Source: Candidatus Versatilivorator sp.
GTDB lineage: Bacteria > Acidobacteriota > Terriglobia > Versatilivoradales > Versatilivoraceae
Length of the DNA stretch: 64,000 nucleotides
Direction: 5' to 3'
Assembly: GCA_965207735.1 (NCBI GenBank)
Contig: OZ242296.1
Span: forward strand, 320,001 to 384,000
Each line of letters begins with the position of its first letter. Within the stretch, counting starts at the first letter, position 1. Below the pieces are notes generated by a model. That model was not told where the DNA came from and did not search any database. It saw only the letters and a program-made list of their open reading frames with translations. Shown here piece by piece: positions 45,345 through 57,176 of the stretch. A program made the position numbers and the translations under genes.

Positions 45345-48041
45345 GTGAGCCACAATCTCTACAACTCTTTACAGGAATTCAGCCTGGGGAACGGCCGCAG
45401 CGGGCGTTTCTATTCGCTGCCTCAGTTGGAACGGCAGGGGATCGGAGCCATCTCCCGGCTTCCGGTCAGCCTCCGAATCGTCCTGGAATCCCTGCTCCGC
45501 AACTTTGACGGCAACAGGATCACCGAGGAGAACATTCAGGCCCTGGCCAACTGGAAGGCCGGCGCGCCACGCACCGAAGAAATCCCCTTCGTGGTGGCCC
45601 GCATCGTGCTCCAGGACTTCACCGGCGTCCCGCTGCTGGTGGATCTTGCCGCCATGAGATCCGCGGTGGCCCGCATGGGCGGGGAGCCCAAACGGGTCGA
45701 ACCCCTGGTCCCGGTGGACCTGGTGGTGGACCACTCCATACAGGTGGACTACTCCGGAAGCCCCCAGGCCCTGCGGCTGAACATGGAGATGGAATTCCGG
45801 CGCAACCGGGCTCGCTACCAGTTCCTGAAGTGGGGAATGCAGGCGTTCGACCAGTTCAGAGTCATTCCGCCGGGGATAGGAATCGTCCATCAGGTCAACC
45901 TGGAATATCTGGCCCAGGGGGTCGTGGAAAAAGAAGGGGTTTACTACCCGGATACCCTGGTAGGCACCGATTCCCACACCACCATGATCAACGGGTTGGG
46001 GATCCTGGGTTGGGGGGTTGGGGGGATCGAGGCCGAAGCCGGGATGCTGGGGCAGCCCGTCTACTTCCTGACCCCGGACGTGGTCGGGGTTCACCTGACC
46101 GGACGTCTCCGCGAGGGAGTGACGGCCACCGACCTGGTCCTGAAATGCACCGAGATGCTGCGGAAGGCCAATGTGGTGGGAAAGTTCGTGGAATACTTCG
46201 GTGAAGGAGCGGCCTCCCTGCCTGTAACCGACCGGGCCACCATCGCCAACATGGCTCCCGAGTATGGGGCGACCATCGGGTTCTTCCCGGTGGATGAGGA
46301 GACCTGCAACTATCTCCAGGCCACCGGCAGGCGTTCCCAACAGGTGGAGGCATTTCGCAACTACTACAAGGCCCAGGGCCTCTTCGGCATTCCGCGCCAG
46401 GGAGACTGTGACTACAGCCGGGTGCTGGAGGTTGACCTGGGAGAGGTCCAATCCTCGGTGGCCGGTCCCAAGCGCCCCCAGGACCGCCTCGAGCTCGATC
46501 AGTTGAAGCCGACCTTCCTGGAACTGCTGAGCCGGCCTCTCAGCGAGGGTGGATTTGAGCTGAAACCCTCCGCATTGAAGAAGCGTTACCCGCTGGGACT
46601 TCCATCCGGTGCTTCTGTTGTGGGCCATGGCGATGTCTTGATCGCCGCCATCACTTCTTGCACCAACACCTCCAATCCGGGGGTGATGCTGGCGGCCGGA
46701 CTGCTGGCCAGGAAAGCCGTCGAGAAGGGTTTGAACGTCCACCCCACCGTCAAGAGATCCCTGGCACCAGGGTCGCGAGTGGTCTCCCGCTATCTGGAAA
46801 AAACCGGGTTGCAGCCCTACCTGGACCGACTCGGCTTCAACCTGGTCGGCTACGGGTGCACCACCTGCATCGGCAATTCCGGTCCCCTGGATCCGGAGAT
46901 CGAACGGGTGGTGACCGGCAACGACCTGGTTGCCGCCAGCGTCTTGAGCGGGAACCGCAACTTCGAAGCCAGGGTCCACCCCAACATCAAGGCCAATTTC
47001 CTGATGAGTCCCCCCCTGGTGGTCGCCTTTGCGCTTGCCGGGCGCATAGATATCGATCTGTCCTCCGAACCCATCGGACGGGGCAGTGACGGGGAGGAGG
47101 TCTACCTCAAGGACATCTGGCCCAGCCTGCAAGAGGTGAGCGATCTGATGGCGGCTGCCTTCGATCCCGAGACCTTTCGCCGGATGTACGGGGACTCCTC
47201 CGGTACCAACGGTGGGTGGCAGGAGATCCCGGCCACCCGGGGAGACCTTTTCGAGTGGGATCCGGATTCAACCTACATCCAGCAACCGCCCTTTTTCGAG
47301 AACTACTCCCCCGGAGCCGGGGAGGTGGAGGACATCAAGGGCGCCCGTCCGCTGGCGATTCTGGGGGACTCGGTGACTACCGACCACATCAGTCCGGCGG
47401 GGGCCATTGCACAGGCCTCTCCCGCCGGGGCCTATCTGCTGGAGAGTGGGGTTGAGGCCGGGGATTTCAACAGCTATGGGTCGCGCCGGGGAAATGACCG
47501 GGTCATGACCCGCGGCACTTTTGCCAACGTGCGCATCAAGAACCTGATGGTTCCCGGAGTCGAGGGAGGCGTTACCCGCTTCCAGCCGGACGGGACCCGG
47601 ATGACCATCTACGAGGCGGCGCTGCGCTACCGGGAAAAGGGCACTCCCCTCATCGTTCTGGCCGGCCAGGAATACGGAACCGGGAGTTCTCGCGACTGGG
47701 CGGCCAAGGGGACCCGGCTGCTGGGCGTCCGGGCGGTGGTTGCCCGGAGCTTCGAGCGTATCCATCGCAGCAACCTGGTGGGGATGGGAGTGCTGCCTTG
47801 CCAATTCCAGGAGGGAACAGGTGCCGATTCACTCCGCCTGGATGGCAGCGAAGTCTTCGACCTGGTGGGAATCGAGCCCGAGATCCAACCCCGGCAACAG
47901 ATCGATCTGGTGGTTCACCGCCGGGGAGGCCGGACCGACAGGGTCCCGGTTACGGTGCGCATCGATACGCCGGTGGAAGTGGAGTACTACCGCCACCAGG
48001 GCATCCTACCCTACGTGCTGAGTGGATTGATGAAGGCCTGA
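45345..48041 (+). CDS. acnA: Aconitate hydratase A
   Basis: [60 protein letters not shown]. Confidence 0.97.
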   Translation: MSHNLYNSLQEFSLGNGRSGRFYSLPQLERQGIGAISRLPVSLRIVLESLLRNFDGNRITEENIQALANWKAGAPRTEEIPFVVARIVLQDFTGVPLLVDLAAMRSAVARMGGEPKRVEPLVPVDLVVDHSIQVDYSGSPQALRLNMEMEFRRNRARYQFLKWGMQAFDQFRVIPPGIGIVHQVNLEYLAQGVVEKEGVYYPDTLVGTDSHTTMINGLGILGWGVGGIEAEAGMLGQPVYFLTPDVVGVHLTGRLREGVTATDLVLKCTEMLRKANVVGKFVEYFGEGAASLPVTDRATIANMAPEYGATIGFFPVDEETCNYLQATGRRSQQVEAFRNYYKAQGLFGIPRQGDCDYSRVLEVDLGEVQSSVAGPKRPQDRLELDQLKPTFLELLSRPLSEGGFELKPSALKKRYPLGLPSGASVVGHGDVLIAAITSCTNTSNPGVMLAAGLLARKAVEKGLNVHPTVKRSLAPGSRVVSRYLEKTGLQPYLDRLGFNLVGYGCTTCIGNSGPLDPEIERVVTGNDLVAASVLSGNRNFEARVHPNIKANFLMSPPLVVAFALAGRIDIDLSSEPIGRGSDGEEVYLKDIWPSLQEVSDLMAAAFDPETFRRMYGDSSGTNGGWQEIPATRGDLFEWDPDSTYIQQPPFFENYSPGAGEVEDIKGARPLAILGDSVTTDHISPAGAIAQASPAGAYLLESGVEAGDFNSYGSRRGNDRVMTRGTFANVRIKNLMVPGVEGGVTRFQPDGTRMTIYEAALRYREKGTPLIVLAGQEYGTGSSRDWAAKGTRLLGVRAVVARSFERIHRSNLVGMGVLPCQFQEGTGADSLRLDGSEVFDLVGIEPEIQPRQQIDLVVHRRGGRTDRVPVTVRIDTPVEVEYYRHQGILPYVLSGLMKA

Positions 48042-48049
48042 AATGGGCA

Positions 48050-48784
48050 TCAACGCGATGGCGGCAGTTTCTGCTCAATCCTTTCGAAATCCGGAGGCAC
48101 TTCAAGCTCGAAGATCCGGTTCGGTAGCCCGGGGTTGATCTTGATGTTGGACAGCAGAATGGTGAGGTGATCCTCGCTGGCCTCGATCAGGCGGGTCTGG
48201 ATGGGGATCCAGTGCGTGTGGTCCACCCACAGCCGGATCTGTGAGAACAGGTTCTTCACGGCGGTGGACCTGGGGTTGAGTTCCAGCAGCGATGTCTGCC
48301 TGCCGTCGACTTGGTCCGTCTTGACGTGGCGAACGTCGTAGTCCCTGCGGATGCTGCGGCCGGATTGCCCGATCCAGAACAGGGGCAGCTGCGTCGTTGC
48401 CGATCCGTTGCCCGTGTCAATTACCTGGTAGCGTTTGATTCTGGGCTCCAAGATTCTCACTTTCCCTTTATCCAGAAGCAGGGTCCGGGAATCCGGTGGG
48501 TGGTAGTCCACCTTGAAGGTGCTTTTCCGGGAACTCTTCTTGTAAAAGAGCTTGCCGGTCTTCTCCGATACTTCGTCGATCACGACGATCTTTTTGGTCT
48601 GTTTCAGGTCCGCACTCAGTGTACTCAAGGTTCTGGACCTGGCATCCATTCTCGACAGGACATTGCTGGCCTCGACCGACAGGCTGCTTTGGGCCAGTCC
48701 CCGCATCGTTCCCGCGCAACCGATCGCCAGCAGGATTGCGAGCCCCGGCGCCATCTTGGTCAGGAATGGGGTTTCAGCTCTCAT
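48050..48784 (-). CDS. LolA-like outer-membrane lipoprotein carrier
   Basis: Signal peptide; LSADLKQ, GKLFY, LELNPR, IRLWVD, NIKINPGL. Confidence 0.75.
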   Translation of the reverse strand: MRAETPFLTKMAPGLAILLAIGCAGTMRGLAQSSLSVEASNVLSRMDARSRTLSTLSADLKQTKKIVVIDEVSEKTGKLFYKKSSRKSTFKVDYHPPDSRTLLLDKGKVRILEPRIKRYQVIDTGNGSATTQLPLFWIGQSGRSIRRDYDVRHVKTDQVDGRQTSLLELNPRSTAVKNLFSQIRLWVDHTHWIPIQTRLIEASEDHLTILLSNIKINPGLPNRIFELEVPPDFERIEQKLPPSR

Positions 48785-48891
48785 GTCGTTTCCTGGCCCG
48801 GCGATTCATCCAGGTGAGACCAACCGGGGATGGCAACGGAGTCGGCGGGCATTGAAAGGTTACGGGTCTCAGGATCTTCAAGCTGAACTGA

Positions 48892-49299
48892 CTATTCGGG
48901 GTTGGGTCGGGTTGTGATCAGCCAAACGGAATGACCGACGGTCTCGCCGTTACCGCTGACAACAGGTTTGATGTCTTTAATGACGAACGGTTTGTTCAAT
49001 ATCTTCTCGATCCGGGTCCGGGCGGTGTGGGTTAGCCGGAATCCATCCTGACCGGGAAGGATCAGACCAGTGCTGATGAAGAATACCCACTGTCCCTGCT
49101 CAACCTGGGTATAAGAGATATCCTGCCGGCCGAAAGGTTCAGATGAAGTCGGTTTTGGGGCGGGCTGGTCGTGAAACACGCTGCCGGGCGTGAGGAATAT
49201 GAAGAGCAGAATGGCGGCGCACATGACGTCGTATGGGAAGGTGCCGCGTTTGTACGACCACAGAACCACCGACCCCATTCCCTCGACGATTCGTCCCAT
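48892..49299 (-). CDS. Hypothetical membrane protein
   Basis: WSYKRGTFPYDVMCAAILLFIFLTP hydrophobic segment; fits between operon genes. Confidence 0.6.
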   Translation of the reverse strand: MGRIVEGMGSVVLWSYKRGTFPYDVMCAAILLFIFLTPGSVFHDQPAPKPTSSEPFGRQDISYTQVEQGQWVFFISTGLILPGQDGFRLTHTARTRIEKILNKPFVIKDIKPVVSGNGETVGHSVWLITTRPNPE

Positions 49300-49388
49300 C
49301 GATCTCCACCTTGCCGGCTTCCGGTGAGCCGACCTGCCACCATGGATCCTCCCCGCGCTGCCGGCTACCCCCGGGCAAACAGGCGGGG

Positions 49389-50108
49389 TTAGAGAGAAAT
49401 GCGGTCCTCTGCCAGGTTCCACTCGCCGTCCTGCTGCTGAGACACGATCCTCCCGTCCCGCATCTCGATCAAACGGTTGGCGATGGTAGCGGCCTCCGGA
49501 TTGTGGGTGATCATGAGGATGGTTTGACTCAAGGCGCGGTTCAGTTCCTGAATCATCTTCAGCACCACCATCGAATTCCGCGTGTCCAGGTTTCCGGTCG
49601 GTTCATCGGCCAGAAGGATCGCGGGCCTGTTGATGACGGCCCTGGCGATGGCCAGACGCTGCTGCTCCCCACCCGAGAGCTCGGAGGGCTTGTGATGGGT
49701 TTTCGTTTCCAGGCCCAGCAGGTTCAGGATCTCCTCCACATGTTCCCGGTTTCGGCTGCCGTTGCGATGAATCTCCTGAGCTATTTCCAGGTTGCCCTGA
49801 GCGCTCAGGGTGGGCAGCAGATTGAACCGCTGGAACACGAAACCGATCTTGCGGCGACGGATATCGGTGCGAACGGCGTCCTTGCCCGAGGAGACTTCCT
49901 CGCCGTCCACCAGGACCCTGCCGGAGGTGGGAGTGGCCAAGCCCCCCAACAGATGCAGCAAGGTGGATTTGCCGCACCCCGAAGGCCCCATGATGGCGAT
50001 AAATTCTCCCTCCCGGACCTTGAGTGAGACCTCCCGGACAGCAGCGACCTCAATCTTGCCGGTCTTGAAAATCTTGGTGAGTTCTACGGCTTCCAGGATG
50101 GTCTTCAT
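49389..50108 (-). CDS. ABC transporter ATP-binding protein (LolD/MacB-like)
   Basis: [26 protein letters not shown]. Confidence 0.95.
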   Translation of the reverse strand: MKTILEAVELTKIFKTGKIEVAAVREVSLKVREGEFIAIMGPSGCGKSTLLHLLGGLATPTSGRVLVDGEEVSSGKDAVRTDIRRRKIGFVFQRFNLLPTLSAQGNLEIAQEIHRNGSRNREHVEEILNLLGLETKTHHKPSELSGGEQQRLAIARAVINRPAILLADEPTGNLDTRNSMVVLKMIQELNRALSQTILMITHNPEAATIANRLIEMRDGRIVSQQQDGEWNLAEDRISL

Positions 50109-50203
50109 CGGAAAAGTCCTCTAAATGCGACGGCATTATAGCTTAGGGACTGCCAGTTCTGAAGGCGACAGGGAAAAATATCGGGAACGAAGTACTCCGA
50201 ACG

Positions 50204-50221
50204 GAATTTCGCAAAAGGCTC
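50204..50221. mobile_element. Solo IS/MITE terminal repeat GAATTTCGCAAAAGGCTC
   Basis: 17/18 match to the TIR of the IS at 57484-58970; no partner end seen nearby. Confidence 0.5.
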
Positions 50222-50305
50222 TCTCCAAAATGAAGTTAAACGCGCCCCTCATTCCCTGCACGTTTCTCAAGAGTAGAATCCCCGGTGAGAAACGGGGGCT
50301 CGCGC

Positions 50306-51412
50306 CTACTCATAAGCCAGAGCCTCGATAGGATCCTGCCTGGCCGCGCGCAGGGCGGGATAGAGGGCTCCCAGGCCGGCGCTGAACAAGGCCAGGAACC
50401 CGGTGAAAAGGAGCCACCGCAAGGGGAGTTGGTGGTGGAGGGTCGGCATCAACCACTGGAAGAAAAGGCGGCCTCCAAAGGTCAATCCCAGTCCCAGCAG
50501 GAACCCCAGTCCCCCCAACACCAGGGCTTCCTTCAGGAAGAGGAGCGAGATATAGCCTTGGTTGGCTCCCAGTGACTTCAGAATGCCGATCTCGTGGGTC
50601 CGCTCGGTTGTGGCCGTGTACATGGAAAGGAAGATGATGAAGAATCCGATCAGGGTGGCAATGAACACCACCGTGTTGGTGAAGAATTTAATGGGCCCAA
50701 AGTCCCGGTTGGCTTCCTCGACGTGGGCGGCGAAGCTGCTCATGTCAAATACGGGGTAGGACTTCAGACGGCGCTCCAACTCGGCCGTGACCTGGGGGAT
50801 GTCGGATGGTTGGTGGCACGTGATCAACATCAAGGTGGCTTGTCGGGGCGTGCCCACCAGCTCCTGCATGGTTCCGATGGGAATGAAGACTCTGGATCCC
50901 TTCCCGTGCTCGACGATGCCGGCAACGCGAAAGGCGTGATTCATCAGCTTGACCTCGTCCCCCAGCCGGAGTTCCCTTCCCTCGGCGTAAATATCGTCGA
51001 TAATGACATCGTTGGGCCCCTGAAAGCCCCTGCCTTCCAGGTAGATGAAGCCCTGGGTGATCCGGTTGAAGCTCTCGAGGTCAATGCCCCAGACGAGTCC
51101 CAGCCCGCCGCTGGTGTTCAATTGGAGATATACGGGTGCCACCGCCTTCACTTTTTCGATCCGGGAAACCAGGTCGGCGATCTTGACCGACATGGCGCCG
51201 GTGCTGGCCGCCAGCACCAGGGAGGAATTGGGCGGTTGCAGGACGATGTCGGCTCCCACGCCGGAGATGCGCTTGCTGTTTTCCCGGAGCATGCCGCTGG
51301 ACAAGCTGACCAGCAGCAGGATCAACGCCACTTCCACCCCGACCGCCAGGGCGGTGGCCAGCGACCGCATGGGGCGGGAACGGACGTTGGACACGACAAG
51401 TTGAGCGCTCAA
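50306..51412 (-). CDS. ABC transporter permease (FtsX/MacB/LolC-E family)
   Basis: ERTHEIGILKSLGA, YPALRAARQDPIEAL. Confidence 0.92.
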   Translation of the reverse strand: MSAQLVVSNVRSRPMRSLATALAVGVEVALILLLVSLSSGMLRENSKRISGVGADIVLQPPNSSLVLAASTGAMSVKIADLVSRIEKVKAVAPVYLQLNTSGGLGLVWGIDLESFNRITQGFIYLEGRGFQGPNDVIIDDIYAEGRELRLGDEVKLMNHAFRVAGIVEHGKGSRVFIPIGTMQELVGTPRQATLMLITCHQPSDIPQVTAELERRLKSYPVFDMSSFAAHVEEANRDFGPIKFFTNTVVFIATLIGFFIIFLSMYTATTERTHEIGILKSLGANQGYISLLFLKEALVLGGLGFLLGLGLTFGGRLFFQWLMPTLHHQLPLRWLLFTGFLALFSAGLGALYPALRAARQDPIEALAYE

Positions 51413-51425
51413 TCGGAGTATCCTC

Positions 51426-52355
51426 TCAGTTCGCTGCTTCCGGCAGTGGGTCGCGGGTCAAGTCAACGACCTGGCGGCGCGGTGACTTCTTCAGGACGAA
51501 GGCGGTAGCGGCCAGGTTGAGGTTGACCTCGATCTCCTGGGCCCGAATTGCCATCCGGTAGGCTTCCTGGGGCTTCTCGAAGCGAACCAGCGCCGGATAG
51601 AGCTGTCCGTCCACGGTGCGAAAATCGCTGTAGTGGATCTCGGATTCCAGACGACCTGCCGGAGCGTAGGTTTGCAGTCTCACGATGTTGAGATCGACCC
51701 GATCGAACCAGATCTTCCGTTTCAGGGACAGACTTCCGCCCGAGGCCCACCGGTTGCAGGACAGGATGTAGAACTTCCGTCCGTCCTGCCGGTGTTCCTC
51801 CAACGAAATCAGCGACGGGTCTGCGCCCTCGAGCGCCTCGAGGGCCAGCGCCTCGAAAATGTGCTGGGGCCGGACGTTGACGGGAACGTCCTTGCGCGGG
51901 GGGATGACCTGGTGGTTGAGCCCTCGGATGAAGGTGTTCTTGCGAGGAACGTCGATCGAGAATTTCGTTCCGTTGGATACCATGTCGATGGCCGTGACCT
52001 GAAACACCTGAACCCTGACCCGGATGTCGGCAGGCTTTCTCAGCAGAATGAACCCATCGCTTTCGCGCCACTCCTTGGTCTCTCCTGTTTCGGGGTTGCG
52101 GCCGGTAAGCTGGTAGGAAACCTTGAGCTTCAAGGATTGAATCGATTTCGATGCCTGGCGAGCCTTGTCAATCAACTCCGTCCTGGTGGCTGTCAGGGCC
52201 GGCGGGGGGGGCTGATCGGTGGGAATCGGCGCCGTCTGGCTCCTGCGGGCAGGACTGCAACCGGATGAAAAGAAAGAAATGCTTGCGGTGGCGAGGACTA
52301 TCAGGGAGAGGCGAGAAAGAGGCAATGGGTTACCTAACATCTTTAAATCGACCAT
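51426..52355 (-). CDS. Putative lipoprotein with a LolA/LolB-like fold
   Basis: Lipobox-like SSGC; KIWFDRVDL..YSDF..LYP. Confidence 0.6.
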   Translation of the reverse strand: MVDLKMLGNPLPLSRLSLIVLATASISFFSSGCSPARRSQTAPIPTDQPPPPALTATRTELIDKARQASKSIQSLKLKVSYQLTGRNPETGETKEWRESDGFILLRKPADIRVRVQVFQVTAIDMVSNGTKFSIDVPRKNTFIRGLNHQVIPPRKDVPVNVRPQHIFEALALEALEGADPSLISLEEHRQDGRKFYILSCNRWASGGSLSLKRKIWFDRVDLNIVRLQTYAPAGRLESEIHYSDFRTVDGQLYPALVRFEKPQEAYRMAIRAQEIEVNLNLAATAFVLKKSPRRQVVDLTRDPLPEAAN

Positions 52356-52379
52356 GTTACCAAATTAGGTGGAATGGCG

Positions 52380-52991
52380 TCAACTGAATTGAGAGCGCCG
52401 AAACCTGCGAACCAGAAGGACGATGAGGCCCCCCGACACCAACAGGGCCAGGATCGCCCAGGCTACCGTGGGATAGTGGTGTTTCATATAGAAGAGAGCC
52501 TGCTGGCCGTATCGGACGGCCAGGTATCCTTGCAGAAAGTAGCGAAATCCTCGACCCAGGGTGATGGCAAGGAGGAACTTGGCGGGGCTTACCTTGAAGA
52601 TGCTGGCGCTCAGGACAAAGATCTTGAAGGGTGTGGGGGGAGGCAGAATGGATGGAACAATCACGGCTAGAATGCCGTACCGGCGATACCAGCTTCCAAT
52701 TCTTTCCAACTGGCGGGGCGCCAGTTTCTTGCGTGCCAGGACCTCTCCACCCTTGCGTCCGGCAAAATACAGCATCATGCAGCCCAGAATGGAGCCGATC
52801 GTAGTCATGGAGCAGAAGAAAAGCATTTGGTCCGGGGACTGGATCGACAGGGTGATAATCAGGATGTCGTTCACTTCCGGAAGCGAAAGGAATGAGGAAT
52901 CGACCAGCGCGATGAGCAGAAGCGCCCACCCCCCCAGAGGACCCGTCAGCGCCAGGAACCAGCCTTGGACGTTGAGCAAAACCTCTTTCAC
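52380..52991 (-). CDS. YqaA/DedA (VTT domain) membrane protein
   Basis: DSSFLSLP, GSILG, LPPPTPFKIF, GRGFRY. Confidence 0.85.
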   Translation of the reverse strand: MKEVLLNVQGWFLALTGPLGGWALLLIALVDSSFLSLPEVNDILIITLSIQSPDQMLFFCSMTTIGSILGCMMLYFAGRKGGEVLARKKLAPRQLERIGSWYRRYGILAVIVPSILPPPTPFKIFVLSASIFKVSPAKFLLAITLGRGFRYFLQGYLAVRYGQQALFYMKHHYPTVAWAILALLVSGGLIVLLVRRFRRSQFS

Positions 52992-53131
52992 GGGACCCTC
53001 ATCGGCTCGGTGGATTTCAATCGGAATGTAGGTTGGAACGGCTGACGGGCGGGGAAGAAGTCCAAATTGACAAGTCCATCACAATACAGTTTACTCCAGA
53101 GGGTCGTCACCCGAAGAAAAGGAGCCGGTTC

Positions 53132-53491
53132 ATGAAAGCACAGATTGGGTTGGCCTTTCTTGGCAGCTTGCTTCTAGTGGTCCTTTGCCGCCCTCACCAG
53201 GGTCAAACCGTGTCCCCGGTCCCCCCGAGTGTTCCCACCACTACCATCCCCGCGGGCCGCGGCGGGCTTTCCGCCGATCAGAGAGCCAAGATGAAGTCTC
53301 AGAGACTGCGGGCGGCCTTTCAGAAGCTGAAAAGCGACTCGGAAAGGCTTGCGGAAGGATCCGCGCAACTCCAGGAAATGATTCAGAATTCCAATCCTCA
53401 TACCTACTCGATAGGAATCTTCAAGAAGGCTGAGGACCTCGAGAAACTGGCCAGAAAAATCAAGAACCGGATCAAGCGGGGATTCCGCTGA
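53132..53491 (+). CDS. Small exported helical hypothetical protein
   Basis: RBS AAGGAG, signal peptide, KKAEDLEKLARKIK. Confidence 0.6.
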   Translation: MKAQIGLAFLGSLLLVVLCRPHQGQTVSPVPPSVPTTTIPAGRGGLSADQRAKMKSQRLRAAFQKLKSDSERLAEGSAQLQEMIQNSNPHTYSIGIFKKAEDLEKLARKIKNRIKRGFR

Positions 53492-53526
53492 ATTCTGGTG
53501 GCTCGGGAAAAGGTCCTCGCCCAGGC

Positions 53527-54630
53527 TCAACCGCCTTCGATTCGCCTGGCCTGGCGCCGGCGATGGCGCTCCAGGGCAAGCTGGATCAGCCGGTCGATCA
53601 GATCGGGATAGGCCAGCCCGCTGGCCTGCCACAGCTTGGGGTACATGCTGATCGAGGTGAATCCGGGGAGAGTGTTGACTTCATTGACAAAGATGTCTTC
53701 CGTGGTCCTTTCCAGAAAAAAGTCGACCCTGGCCATGCCCTGACACTCGAGCGCCTGGAAGGATCTGAGAGCCATTCGCTGGATATGCTCCACCTGGTCC
53801 GGCCGGAGCGGTGCGGGAACAACCAGTTCCGCGCTGTCGTCCAGATATTTCGCCTGATAGTCGTAGAATCCTGACCGTGGGATGATCTCACCCGGGAGGG
53901 ATGCTTGCGGATCGGCGTTCCCCAGGACGGAACACTCGATCTCTCTGGCGTCCAGCCCTTTCTCGACGATGACCTTTTCGTCGAACTCACCGGCCAGGGC
54001 CAGCGCTTCCGAGAGTCGCCCCGCTTCGTCCACCCTGCTGATTCCGATGGAAGAGCCCAGGTTGGCCGGCTTCACGAAGCAGGGGTAACCCAACCGGTCT
54101 GCCACTTCCTGCTCCAGGTCCCGACCCCGATTCCTCCAATGGTCCGATGGGTAGGCCAGGAAGGGGGCGGTCGGCAGTCCAGCATGTTGGAACAGCCGCT
54201 TCATCACGTCCTTGTCCATGGCCACGGCGGAACCCAGCACACCGGCGCCGACGTAGGGGACATTGGCCAGCTCGAGCAGTCCCTGGATAGTGCCGTCTTC
54301 TCCGAAGGGGCCGTGGAGCACCGGAAAGACCACGTCGACCGAAGCCTGCCGCCCGCCCCGGGAACCGGCGGCATCGAGCTGAATCAACTGGCCCGAGGGC
54401 GCCGACTCGGCAGACAGGAGGACAGGGGCTCCCTGCTGCAGGATTTTGGCGAACTCTCCCTCCAGAAATTCCGGATCGGCGCGCCAGCCGCCCTCCTTGG
54501 TAATTCCAACGGGGACGACGTCGTACTTGGACCGGTCGATGGCCGACCAAATCGACGCCGCTGACCGCAACGAGACTTCATGTTCTCCAGACTTGCCCCC
54601 GAACAGCACGGCCACGGTGATTTTTTCCAT
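53527..54630 (-). CDS. ddl: D-alanine--D-alanine ligase
   Basis: GGKSGEHEVS, LHGPFGEDG, KPANLGSS, NEVNTLPGFT. Confidence 0.97.
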   Translation of the reverse strand: MEKITVAVLFGGKSGEHEVSLRSAASIWSAIDRSKYDVVPVGITKEGGWRADPEFLEGEFAKILQQGAPVLLSAESAPSGQLIQLDAAGSRGGRQASVDVVFPVLHGPFGEDGTIQGLLELANVPYVGAGVLGSAVAMDKDVMKRLFQHAGLPTAPFLAYPSDHWRNRGRDLEQEVADRLGYPCFVKPANLGSSIGISRVDEAGRLSEALALAGEFDEKVIVEKGLDAREIECSVLGNADPQASLPGEIIPRSGFYDYQAKYLDDSAELVVPAPLRPDQVEHIQRMALRSFQALECQGMARVDFFLERTTEDIFVNEVNTLPGFTSISMYPKLWQASGLAYPDLIDRLIQLALERHRRRQARRIEGG

Positions 54631-54633
54631 TAG

Positions 54634-54851
54634 CTTACCTGAAACAACAGCAAAAAAGAGTTATCCACGAAGGCACACGAAGGACCACGAAGACACACGA
54701 AGAAAGACGGTGAGGAAACCGGAACCTGTCCCTGCCCCCGAAACGCCATCAATGTCCACGGCTTCACCCTCGAATGATCCGCCCCGTCGTGGGGCGGCGG
54801 GGGCTGAACTTACCTGAAACTGACCACTCTCCACTCTTCACTCTCCACTAT
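54634..54851 (+). repeat. Intergenic repeat family B, copy 2, bounded by the 12-bp direct repeat CTTACCTGAAAC (54634, 54809) and followed by CACTCTC heptamers
   Basis: Four CACGAAG units, an internal CCGCCCC/GGGGCGG hairpin, heptamer run at 54825-54851. Confidence 0.7.
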
Positions 54852-54854
54852 CCT

Positions 54855-56168
54855 CTACGGCGTGAGCCGATAGATGGTCCGTGGGAAGGGAATCGCCTCG
54901 CGGACGTGCTCCAGCCCGCAAATCCAGGCCACCACCCGTTCGATGCCCATGCCAAAGCCCGAATGGGGAAAGTTGCCGTAACGGCGCAGGTCCAGATACC
55001 ACTCGAAGGCCTCGGCCGGTAGGCGGTGCTCCCGGATGCGTTGGCAGAGGAAGTCCAGGCTGGTGGCTCTCTGCCCGCCGCCGATGATCTCACCGTAGCC
55101 CTCCGGGGCCAGGACGTCAGCCGAAAGCGCCACTTCCGGACGAAGGGGGTCGGGCTCCATGTAAAAGGCCTTGGCCTGAGAAGGGTAGCGGTGAACCATC
55201 ACCGGACGGTCGAACTGCCGGGCCAGCAGCGTCTCGTCGGCTCCGCCCAGATCGCTGCCCCACTCGATGTCCGAGTCCTTGGATTTCAGGATGGACACGG
55301 CTTCGTCGTAGCTGAGGCGAGGGAACGGAGAAGCGATTTTCTTGAGTGGTTCCACGTCCCGGTCCAGGGTAGCCAATTGGGAGCTGCAGTTGCCCAGCAC
55401 CCGGGCGAGGATTTCCGATATCAGGTCTTCGGCCAGCACCAGGATGTCCTCCAGCGTGGCGTGGGCGACTTCGGGCTCCACCATCCAGAACTCGGTGAGG
55501 TGGCGCCGGGTCTTCGACTTCTCGGCTCGAAAGGTGGGGCCAAAAGAGTAGACCTTGCCGAACGCCGCTGCGGCTGCCTCGTTGTAGAGCTGCCCCGATT
55601 GGGTCAGATAGGCCTTTTCATCGAAGTAGGGGACCTCGAAAAGGGTGGTGGTGCCTTCGCAGGCCGCGGGGGTAAAGATCGGGGTGTCGACCAGGGTAAA
55701 ATCGCGGCCGTCGAAGAAATTTCGGGTGGCGGCAATCACTTCGTGCCGGACCTTGAGGATGGCGTGCTGTCGGGATGACCGCAGCCACAGGTGGCGCTGG
55801 TCCAGCAGAAACTCGATCCCATGTTCCTTGGGGCTGATGGGGAAAGGTCGCTCGGCCGGAACCCGCTGGATGGGCTTCAGATCGGTGACCTCCATCTCCA
55901 TACCCCCGGGAGCCCGCTTGCCTTGAGGGACTCTTCGGACCGTGCCCGTGACCTCGAGGGAGGACTCCTGGGTCAATTCCTTGGCCTGTTGGAACACATC
56001 GGGTGGAACCGCGTTCCTGAGGACAATCGACTGCATCAGCCCGGTCCCGTCCCGCAGAACCAGGAAGATGATCCTTCCGCTCGATCGATGGTGGTAGAGC
56101 CACCCTCGTATGGTCGCTTCTTTTCCCTCGTGATGGACTGCGTCCCGAATCGCGATCTCAGCCATCAC
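54855..56168 (-). CDS. asnS: Asparagine--tRNA ligase
   Basis: [54 protein letters not shown]. Confidence 0.95.
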   Translation of the reverse strand: MMAEIAIRDAVHHEGKEATIRGWLYHHRSSGRIIFLVLRDGTGLMQSIVLRNAVPPDVFQQAKELTQESSLEVTGTVRRVPQGKRAPGGMEMEVTDLKPIQRVPAERPFPISPKEHGIEFLLDQRHLWLRSSRQHAILKVRHEVIAATRNFFDGRDFTLVDTPIFTPAACEGTTTLFEVPYFDEKAYLTQSGQLYNEAAAAAFGKVYSFGPTFRAEKSKTRRHLTEFWMVEPEVAHATLEDILVLAEDLISEILARVLGNCSSQLATLDRDVEPLKKIASPFPRLSYDEAVSILKSKDSDIEWGSDLGGADETLLARQFDRPVMVHRYPSQAKAFYMEPDPLRPEVALSADVLAPEGYGEIIGGGQRATSLDFLCQRIREHRLPAEAFEWYLDLRRYGNFPHSGFGMGIERVVAWICGLEHVREAIPFPRTIYRLTP

Positions 56169-57019
56169 TCCTCCTTAGCCATCGTATCCCTCACCGCCTC
56201 CCAACAGTCCTCCAGGCGGCCGCAGGCCTCTCGAGCCGACTTCAACCCGAATTGGAAGTCAGTTCCTTGACCGCGAGACTCCAACAAGAGGCAGCCGTCG
56301 TAGCCGGAGTTCGCCAGGCCCTGCAGGATTTCCCGCCAGGGCGCCGTCCCGGAGAACGGGGGCAGGTGTTCATCCCGGTGCCCGTGGTTGTCATGGAGAT
56401 GGGTGGTGAGGATCCGTTCCCCGACAGCCGCGATCTGGCTCGACGGGTTGTCTTCCAGGTGCGCGTGTCCGGCGTCGAAGCAGATGCCGACGTCCGCCAG
56501 GCCGGCTTCCCGCAGGAACCGCCCCATCCTCTCCAGGGAAAGTTTGTTGGGAATATTCTCCAGTGTCAAGCGAACCCCGCGATCGCCGGCAAACGGGACC
56601 AGGATCTCCAGGCTCTGGTAGATGGCGTCCAGGTGCCGGGGGCGATATTCGTCCTCGAGAGCCCCCGCATGAATCACGGCCAGCGGAAAGGCAACCTTCT
56701 CGGCGAACTCCAATGCTCTGCGGGCCTCGTCTACCGCCTGGGTTCTGCGGTGGGGTTCGGTAGCGGCAATGGAGAGCGGGGTCAGGATTCTGTCCGGCCG
56801 GAATTCCAGGCAGTGGGGCAGGTGCAGGGAGTGGAGAAAGGACTCCTGATCCTGGAGCCAGGCAGCCAGCTCCCCCGCCAGTTGCCTGTCCCGATAATCG
56901 AAATGGGGCTTCAAGGCCAGGATCTCCACCCGCTGAAAGCCTTGCCGGCGCAGGGCCGCCAACCTGTCCAGGTCCAATCGATCCTCGATGAACAGGTTTG
57001 TCGATATGCCTGGCTGCAT
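56165..57019 (-). CDS. Sugar phosphate isomerase/epimerase (AP endonuclease 2 TIM barrel)
   Basis: [28 protein letters not shown]. Confidence 0.85.
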   Translation of the reverse strand: MQPGISTNLFIEDRLDLDRLAALRRQGFQRVEILALKPHFDYRDRQLAGELAAWLQDQESFLHSLHLPHCLEFRPDRILTPLSIAATEPHRRTQAVDEARRALEFAEKVAFPLAVIHAGALEDEYRPRHLDAIYQSLEILVPFAGDRGVRLTLENIPNKLSLERMGRFLREAGLADVGICFDAGHAHLEDNPSSQIAAVGERILTTHLHDNHGHRDEHLPPFSGTAPWREILQGLANSGYDGCLLLESRGQGTDFQFGLKSAREACGRLEDCWEAVRDTMAKEE

Positions 57020-57176
57020 GATGGTTCAAGGCTCGGAAGCGGATCGGGTGGCCGGCCGGCCGGAGGCGGGATCGAGAGGAGAGGGCCTGGCCGTCCTTGC
57101 TCTGATCGACCAGGGATACTATCATCATTCAAGCTGGTCCGATTCAGGATTGCGGCTTGGCGCCAGGGAGCAGGCT

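Noticed and set aside
54661-54669. TTATCCACG as a DnaA box or oriC (also ~24844 and ~59828)
   Set aside because: 8/9 match, single and embedded in a dispersed repeat family; no box cluster or dnaA context
54660-54706. CRISPR array in the short-unit repeats (also 58971-59072 and 59680-59770)
   Set aside because: Units are 7-11 bp without unique spacers; no cas genes
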